Origin: an uncultured Elusimicrobia bacterium
Lineage (GTDB): Bacteria > Elusimicrobiota > Elusimicrobia > Elusimicrobiales > UBA9959
Direction of reading: 5' to 3'
Length of the DNA stretch: 64,000 nt
Assembly (NCBI GenBank): GCA_903917735.1
Contig: CAIXBR010000093.1
Coordinates: 72,227 to 136,226, forward strand
Below the pieces are notes generated by a model that was not told where the DNA came from, did no database searches, and was given only the letters and a program-made list of their open reading frames with translations. Shown here piece by piece: positions 57,517 through 64,000 of this stretch (its first letter is position 1; each line of letters starts with the position of its first letter). The translations under genes were made by a program, and so were the position numbers.

Positions 57517-58554
57517 TCAGGACAGCCAGCTCTCGGTCAGCCTGACGCTTTTGGCGGAACAATTGATTTCGGCTTTTATTCCCAAAGGGAGTACCACCTG
57601 CGGATCGGTATGCCCGATGTCGAAGTTAGCCACTATCGGCAGGTCCGGCCGGCCGAATTCCTCCCCCGCCACGCGGAGCAGGGCGGCCTCCAGGTTCGTT
57701 TTTTCCTCGTCCGAATAGCGCATAGGCCGGGAAAATATCAGGCCGTTTATCCTCTCGAAGACCCCGAGCATGCCGTAATTGCGCAGCACCTGGTCTATAT
57801 ACCAGAGCGGCGGCTTATCCTCGGAAGTCTCCAGGAAAAAGATCTTGCCTTTCCAGAATTCCCGCGCCGGCCAGAATTCCGTCCCCTTCAGCATTTCGAG
57901 GACCTCCACGCAGCCGCCGAACAATTTACCCGAAACGGTCCCCGTTCCCTGAAGCCAGCGCCAGCCCTCGCTCGCGCGCAGAGGATTCACCTTTCCGAGG
58001 TTCGCCTCATTTCCCCAATCCGGATAGCCTTCGCAGTACTCTTTGTAAGGGGAATAAGCGTATCCGTCTTCCGGCTCGAACAGCATTTTCCGCACGTGCT
58101 CCTGAAAACCTGCGGGCAGGCTTTCCGCCTGGGAGAGACCGCCCATAACCGATGGCCCGTAAAAACTTGCCACCCCCTGCAGGTTCAGAAAGACGTGCAG
58201 CGTTGTAGTATCCGAATATCCCATAAGTATTTTGGGATTACCCGACACGACCCGTTTATCTAGGAAAGGCAGTATCCTGACGGAATCGTTGCCGCCGATG
58301 GAGGCTATGACCGCCTTTATTTCAGGATCGGAAAAAGCGGCGTTAATGTCCTCCGCGCGGAACCGCGGATTCGCCCGCAGGAACGCGGCGTCGCGCCTGG
58401 CCGACGGGAACTCCTTTATTTTAAGGCCCCAGCCGCGAAGGACTTTAAGACCGTTCTCGTAGACGCGCGGGAAGCGGGATGGCCCTCCCCACGAGGGAGA
58501 CACTACGGCTACGGTATCTCCGCGTTTAAGTCTTTCAGGTTTTTTATATTGCAT
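57517..58554 (-). CDS. S66 family LD-carboxypeptidase (MccF-like)
   Basis: 345 aa. LKRGDTVAVVSPSWGG, GYSDTTTLH (nucleophile Ser) and FDIGHTDP (catalytic His). Confidence 0.8.
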   Translation of the reverse strand: MQYKKPERLKRGDTVAVVSPSWGGPSRFPRVYENGLKVLRGWGLKIKEFPSARRDAAFLRANPRFRAEDINAAFSDPEIKAVIASIGGNDSVRILPFLDKRVVSGNPKILMGYSDTTTLHVFLNLQGVASFYGPSVMGGLSQAESLPAGFQEHVRKMLFEPEDGYAYSPYKEYCEGYPDWGNEANLGKVNPLRASEGWRWLQGTGTVSGKLFGGCVEVLEMLKGTEFWPAREFWKGKIFFLETSEDKPPLWYIDQVLRNYGMLGVFERINGLIFSRPMRYSDEEKTNLEAALLRVAGEEFGRPDLPIVANFDIGHTDPQVVLPLGIKAEINCSAKSVRLTESWLS

Positions 58555-58573
58555 ATAAGCTCGGTTTGTCAGG

Positions 58574-59299
58574 CTATTTTACAGCTACGAAGTAAACCCG
58601 GGTAGAAGAGTCCATAATCTCCCGCGTTTTCCCCTCTATACTCATCATTTTGTACTCTGAAAACCCCGCGGCTTTAAGATTCAGGCCGATATCGCCCAGA
58701 TCGTACATTTTCTGCTCATGAACTTCTTTTGCCCGGTCGGCGCCGGACACGATATCGATCTCAAGCCTTTTAATATTTGAGGTTTGGTCGTAATGCGGGA
58801 CCATCTCCAGCCGGACATCTTCAAACTCTTTTTTAAAAGGATTCACATAGTTCTGCGCTTGATATTTCGTCACCACATCGAAGGCGAAAACTCCGTTTTC
58901 CCTTAGGATAGCGTGAACGTTCTTAAACAGCCTTTCAATACCCTCTATATCCATAACATAATTTACGCTGTCAAAATTAGAGGTGACGAGTTCAAATTCT
59001 CCTTCGATATGGAAATCTGCCATGTCTTTCTGGCATAGAACGCATGGGATGCCGGCAGCCTTGAATTTTTGTCCCGCACGCTCCAGCATCCCGGAGGAAA
59101 TGTCCAGCCCGGTTATCTCCCATCCGCGTTCATGCATGCCAGCCAGAAAAGAGCCAGTCCCGCACCCGAGATCCAGGACCCGCGGCTTAGTCCCGATCTT
59201 GTTTTTTCCGGCAAATATCTCGTCTATCAGCCCCCAATACTTATTGGGAGTGTGGATCCGGTCATAGACCATAGAAAACTTTTTATATATTTCATCCAT
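58574..59299 (-). CDS. Class I SAM-dependent methyltransferase
   Basis: Start set at MDEIYKKFSMVYD. SAM motif I VLDLGCGTGSF and post-I DISSGML. Confidence 0.8.
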   Translation of the reverse strand: MDEIYKKFSMVYDRIHTPNKYWGLIDEIFAGKNKIGTKPRVLDLGCGTGSFLAGMHERGWEITGLDISSGMLERAGQKFKAAGIPCVLCQKDMADFHIEGEFELVTSNFDSVNYVMDIEGIERLFKNVHAILRENGVFAFDVVTKYQAQNYVNPFKKEFEDVRLEMVPHYDQTSNIKRLEIDIVSGADRAKEVHEQKMYDLGDIGLNLKAAGFSEYKMMSIEGKTREIMDSSTRVYFVAVK

Positions 59300-59668
59300 A
59301 GCAACAATAATCCTCGGCCCGCAGGGAACTGCTCCAACTATACCAAACAAAAAAGAGCCCGGCAAAACACTGCACCTGAATTTTTTATATACAATACCTT
59401 AACACAGCTAGCCGGCGCCCAAAGCGCAGGCGCGGGGGACCCAACTCCCCGGCATATCCGGGGACGGGGCGCAGATAACAGCAAACCCGTTGTCAGGTCA
59501 CTTTCAAGACCCAGCCCGTCAGCTAACCTCGCAGGCATTTGGAAGGGTGATCCAGCCGATCAGCTTCATTACTTGATTGACGGGTCTCCCGGAAGAGACT
59601 GTAACGAACTTATAAAAGCGTCGCCGCTTTCGCATGTTCATATGGACTTTTCACTTGCGAGGAGACCT

Positions 59669-61574
59669 ATGCACAGTTGTATGCCGTCTAAATACAAGCA
59701 GATCCTAGTCCTGAGCACCGCCATGCTCACCTTCATCTCATTCTGGAGAGCCTCCGCCGTGGTCCTCTGCGACATGGGCTCGAGCGCCTATTACTCCGGC
59801 GGCATAGCCATGCACGCCTCCGGCCCGGCCTTCCCATGGTACGTGCTGGCGGTTATGGTATTCGCGGGACTTATGCTGATGGTCTACGTGGAATCCTGCG
59901 ACATGTTCGTGCGCGGCGGGGTCTACAAAGTGGTGAAAGTAGCCATGGGCCCCTCGATGGCGAAGATTTCCGTTTCCGCCCTTATTTTCGACTACATGGT
60001 GACCGGGCCCATAAGTTCGGTGAGCGCCGGGCTTTACGTTTAAAGCCTGCTGGCCAGCGTCCTGCCGCTGCTGCGCGTAAATTGGCGCGTGTCCCCCCAG
60101 CTTTTTTCCGTCTTCTTCGCCGTGGCCGTTACAGCGTATTTCTGGCGTGAGAACATTAAGGGGATAGAGGAATCCAGCGACAAGAATTTAAAGATCATGG
60201 GCTTCGTCACCGTGGTCGGCGCGGTGCTGATAGCCTGGGCGCTGGTAACGGTCTATATCCGGGGCTTTAAAGTTCCGCCTTTCGACCTTCAATTAACAAA
60301 AGCATCCCTGGGCTGGATGACGAATTTCCCGTACCTACAGACCATTGGCCTGGTCGGGATCTTCATGGCCTTCGGGCATTCCATCCTGGCCCTGAGCGGG
60401 CTAGAAACCCTGGCGCAGGTCTACCGGGAGATAGAGGATCCGAAGATAATAAACCTAAAGAGGGCCGCATTAGCGATATTCCTGTTCAGCCTCGTATTCA
60501 ACGGCGGACTAACTTTCCTCGCCTCTTCCATAATCCCCCCCGACCTTATAGGGACCAAGTACCTGGACAACCTTCTCAGCGGCCTGGCGCGGCAGGCTTT
60601 CGTGGTGGCATCCGGCAGCCTTATGCTGGTGGGCCGCGGTCAACACGTCTATGGTGGGCGCTAACGGGGTGCTGAACCGCGTGGCCGAGGACGGCATACT
60701 GCACGACTGGTTCCGGCGTCTGCACCACAAATACTGCACCACCTGCCGCATAATGAACCTGGTGGCCATTATCCAGATAGCGGTCATCATACTTTCGCGC
60801 GGGGACATTTATCTTATCGGCGAAGCCTACGCCTTCGGCGTGCTCTGGAGCCTTGTTTTTATGACGCTCTCCCTTATACTTCTCCGTTTCCGGGAAGATA
60901 TGCCCAGGGATTGGATGTTCCCTTTGAACATCAGGACGGGGAAATACGATTTTCCCGTAGGCATGTACCTTGTGCTGGTCGTCCTGATAACCGCCAGCGT
61001 AACGAACCTGATGACCAAGAAGATAGCCACCGTCTCCGGCCTGATCTTCACCGCCGTGTTCTACGCCATCTTCCAGATCTCCGAGAACATGAGCAGGAAG
61101 AAAGCGCAGCTCTACCTGCAGGACTACGATTCGGAAGAGAAAATGAACATCCGCAAGGAATCGGACATCAGCCGGATCGTTCCGGAACTATCGAAGCCGA
61201 ACAGGATACTGGTGCCGGTCCGAAATCCCAACGATCTGCTGCATCTCAAGCACGTGCTAGAGACCGCGGACTACGAGACCACGGACATTATCGTACTGTC
61301 CGCCAAGATAGCCAAGGGGTTGCAGCTAGAAGGAGAGACGGGCGAGATCATGCCAGAGGACAAAGATCTTTTTACTTGCGTGGTCCTGATAGCCGAAGGC
61401 TACGGCAAGACGCTGAAGCCGCTGATGGTATTTTCCAACGATCCTTTTTATTCGATAGCGCAGGTGGCCCAGGCCACCGGCGTGTCGGAGATAGTAATGG
61501 GGGTTTCAGGCTCTACCGGCGCCGAAGTGCAGCTTGAGCGCCTCGCCATGGCCTGGGGGCATGCTGAAAAATGA
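59669..61574 (+). pseudogene. APC-family amino acid permease with C-terminal Usp-like domain, disrupted by an in-frame TAA and a 1-nt frameshift
   Basis: Three consecutive ORFs read as one about 634-aa permease. TAA at 60041..60043 is in frame (...SAGLYV*SLLASVLPLL...). Skipping one base at 60631..60635 restores ...GSLMLVGAVNTSMVGANGVLNRVAEDGILHDWF. The C-terminus RILVPVRNPNDLLHLKH...VSEIVMGVSG is UspA-like. GAGGAG SD before ATG 59669. Confidence 0.7.
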
Positions 61575-61651
61575 AGACAGCGCGCGCGCCGTAACGGCCA
61601 AAGTGGTATGGGAAGGGCGGGAGCTATCGTATAAGCTGCTATAGCCGAGGC

Positions 61652-61915
61652 CTATTTATCTACCGTCGATATGGCTTCTATCTTGGCCCAGTCGATGTAG
61701 GCGTGGCTGCCCTGGCCCCTGTTAACTATCAGGCATTCCTCGGTATCGGTTATTGACTCGGCCCTGAGCGCGCCGCCAGGAGTGAGCGCTCTGATCAGAA
61801 TTACAAATTGCTGATCTTCGAGTTTGTAGGTAGACTCTCCCGGTTTGGAATACTTGCTGTCCGGGTCCAGTATGAACCGTTTTTTGAACAAATTCAGCCA
61901 CGCTATTCTATCCAT
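61652..61915 (-). CDS. Hypothetical small protein (low-GC island)
   Basis: 87 aa ORF with no recognisable motif. Its GC content is visibly lower than the window average. Confidence 0.4.
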   Translation of the reverse strand: MDRIAWLNLFKKRFILDPDSKYSKPGESTYKLEDQQFVILIRALTPGGALRAESITDTEECLIVNRGQGSHAYIDWAKIEAISTVDK

Positions 61916-61995
61916 AGTTTTACCCTTTAAGTGCCCTTCCGCCTGGAAACTTGTACTGTTCAGTTGTTAAATGGTGTAAGTAACTTCCAAACCGA

Positions 61996-62607
61996 CTAGC
62001 TTTCAATAGAATGCTGGAATATTGGAGCAAATAGCCCGAGGACAATTGACACAGTTAAAACTACAATACCTGCCACACTCGCAGAATACCAAGAAAGCTG
62101 GGTAAAAGGATTAGTCGGGAGAGTAAATGCCCAGGCAACGTAGGCAAATGCCGCCGCAAACATTTCCCAAAGCGGCCATTGCTTGGGTTTCCAGGGGATA
62201 TTCTTGTTGGCGGCCTTTATTTTCCCTGCAAAGACCAGCCATACTACTGCTGGAGTTGCAAACAAAAACACGTTAAAGATGAACCACCCATTTCGTATGT
62301 CTTGACCCGACTGATGTAGCGCGGCTAAAACAGCAACATAAAGAGTTAGGATTTCCGTTGGGATATATGCCGCAACTACCTGCAGGGCATTCGTCGCATT
62401 ACCAGCAGCTTTGGCGACAGAATTGGTAGCCGCAGGCGCAGCGTCTTCAAGAACATTCAGAAGCTCATGACCTATGATATTTGGGATGCTACTAGGAGGG
62501 GTTGATGCAGCCTTTGCTATATGGCCCAAATTCTTAGAAACCTTACCGGCCGGCGCAAAGTCAGTGCGCCGTGAAATTGCTACATTTGACATAGAACTTA
62601 TACTCAT
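61996..62607 (-). CDS. Hypothetical membrane protein (low-GC island)
   Basis: 203 aa. Soluble Ala/Ser-rich N-terminal region of about 75 aa, then about 4 TM helices. AGGAGGG SD. Low GC. Confidence 0.5.
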   Translation of the reverse strand: MSISSMSNVAISRRTDFAPAGKVSKNLGHIAKAASTPPSSIPNIIGHELLNVLEDAAPAATNSVAKAAGNATNALQVVAAYIPTEILTLYVAVLAALHQSGQDIRNGWFIFNVFLFATPAVVWLVFAGKIKAANKNIPWKPKQWPLWEMFAAAFAYVAWAFTLPTNPFTQLSWYSASVAGIVVLTVSIVLGLFAPIFQHSIES

Positions 62608-63125
62608 GATTTACCCTCCTAGGATTAAGCTTCTTACATAAACATATTTACTGACACACCCCTAAGCCAATAGCGCATCTGCTTGCATTCTATAAAGGAA
62701 CTTGGTTAGTCATATCTTTTAATGGATATACTGCCCAGGTTAGCAGAAACGCCCCCCCGCAAAACACCAACAACACCGCCTCCGCATGCAAAAAAGGCGC
62801 AAAAACATTTGAACCTCCAGAAAGATATATCGAAAACAGCAATCAAGAAAAAAACAAGCAATTGTTTAATAATATAACCTCAACTATCACATCCTAGGCT
62901 GTAACAATAATATACCAAACATAAAGGCCCCGGCAAAATTGTCAGGGCCTTTAGGAAATTTTCTCCCCCAACGGAACACAGCGGGGTAACTATTTAACTA
63001 TTATTAGAGATATTCGGCCAGGATAGGCGAGAATTAAAGTCGCTATAGTTATACAGAAAGCGTCTTAACTATCCTTTCCACAAGTTGCAACAGATCTTTA
63101 CTGCTGTTTTTGCACGCATCGCCAG

Positions 63126-63578
63126 ACTGTATTGAGCTGGCGGCTGTCCAACACGATGGAGAGCGATTTCTGCGTGGAGGCGCTTGAAGAAAGCCTGGCG
63201 CTGTATGGGAAGCCTGAAGTATTCAACAGCGACCAGGGCAGTCAGTTTACGAGCGAGAGTTTTACAAAAGTACTCATTGATGAAAAAAGTGTTAAAATCA
63301 GTATGAACGGTCGCGGAAGGGCTTACGACAATATTTTCGTGGAACGGTTGTGGCGGTCTGTGAAGTACGAAGATATATTCTTGCATCAGTACCAGAATAT
63401 CCCAGAATGCAAGGTAGGCTTAGGCAAGTACTTCAGGTTTTATGACATGGAGCGGCTGCATCAGGCGCTGGACTATAAAACCCCACGGGAAGTATATTTG
63501 GAAGGAATGAAGAAGCGCGGCGTCAGCAGCAGGGATAGCAAAGCAGTCCACCTTAAGAAGTGCCTGCAACTGGTCTAG
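63126..63578 (+). mobile_element. IS3-family transposase remnant (C-terminal part of the rve integrase core only)
   Basis: ...SWRLSNTMESDFCVEALEESL..., FNSDQGSQFTS (second catalytic D) and NIFVERLWRSVKYE (catalytic E). The N-terminal HTH/orfA region and the first D are missing. Homology stops at about 63126. Confidence 0.8.
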
Positions 63579-63656
63579 TCTATCCCGACCACCTCAGAGG
63601 AAAGCAATATAGATCCGTCCTGGCTGACCGCCTCCAACACCGCTGGAAAGTCTAAC

Positions 63657-64000
63657 TTATGGCTGACCTCCTCCCTGCTGGTCCATCTCTATTTTTGCTA
63701 GAGAGTAAATGGTACCGTCAGCGGCCTGATAATGTTCGATAATCTGTGCCATGGAAATTTCCCCGCTTTTAAAGGTAGTCCGGATACGTTCCACCCTCTC
63801 ATCGCCCTCCGCAGTGTGAGTAGTGGTCCGGGTGCTTTTTGTTGAAGTGCTAAAACCATTCTGAATATCAGTCCTGGCCCGGTTATCAGCCGTGTCACGC
63901 CTTAAATACTCATCGCTGATAGTTGGTGGAGCACTCCCCACCCCATAAAACGCATGTGTGCCGCTATTCTTAAAAGCCCCGCCACCCTTAAGAACCCATT
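63657..64000 (-). CDS. Hypothetical protein, partial (frame stays open to the window end)
   Basis: The ORF track gives 63657..63941 from a GTG. My own translation shows the frame is open upstream to 64000 (...WVLKGGGAFKNSGTHAFYGVGSAPPT...), so the gene probably starts outside the window. Confidence 0.4.
   Translation of the reverse strand, partial: WVLKGGGAFKNSGTHAFYGVGSAPPTISDEYLRRDTADNRARTDIQNGFSTSTKSTRTTTHTAEGDERVERIRTTFKSGEISMAQIIEHYQAADGTIYSLAKIEMDQQGGGQP

Noticed and set aside
59366-59668. Possible amino-acid riboswitch or leader in the 300-nt region upstream of the APC permease.
   Set aside because: There are some short hairpins (for example GTCTC-ccggaa-GAGAC), but I could not match lysine, glycine or T-box conserved cores by eye. 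It would need an Infernal scan before any claim.

Overview
High-GC bacterial chromosomal segment, densely coding and mostly on the minus strand. TolC, a FadL-type porin and a GT9 LPS-type transferase point to a diderm organism. I saw no rRNA, tRNA or CRISPR array.

Housekeeping content:
- A tightly coupled PEBP-remnant/cysE/cysK/NUDIX/anmK/MFS operon.
- argF, typA, an ABC-F ATPase, yciH, ahcY, hrpB and an rlmI-like gene.
- A GH3 plus glucoamylase-like (GH144-type) pair.
- A tetR/tolC/hlyD/ABC-ATPase x2/ABC-2-permease x2 efflux operon with a consensus promoter and two tandem palindromic operators.

Items worth a second look:
1. An hgcA-hgcB mercury-methylation pair lies divergent from an extended arsenic operon (arsR, HesB/IscA-like Cys protein, arsC, acr3, PhnD-like binding protein). 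The two share a 76-nt control region. hgcA is broken by a one-base frameshift as assembled.
2. A DUF350 gene is translationally coupled to a 610-aa protein in which a complete mini-intein-like Hint (BIL) domain sits between a signal peptide/Gly6 tract and a TM helix plus two Tim44-like domains.
3. A 1334-aa single-module NRPS has the A-T-(TM2-LbH)x3 architecture of poly-amino-acid (Pls-type) synthetases. My hand-derived specificity code is DAESIGTVIK (Lys-like). It is flanked by TPR, Cys-rich and secreted accessory genes.
4. About 280 nt of nested long inverted repeats lie between the ABC-F gene and typA.
5. A low-GC island with unknown genes and a truncated IS3-family transposase lies at the 3' end.

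At least six genes carry single-base frame disruptions at short G/C runs. This looks more like consensus error than decay and affects how every pseudogene call here should be read.
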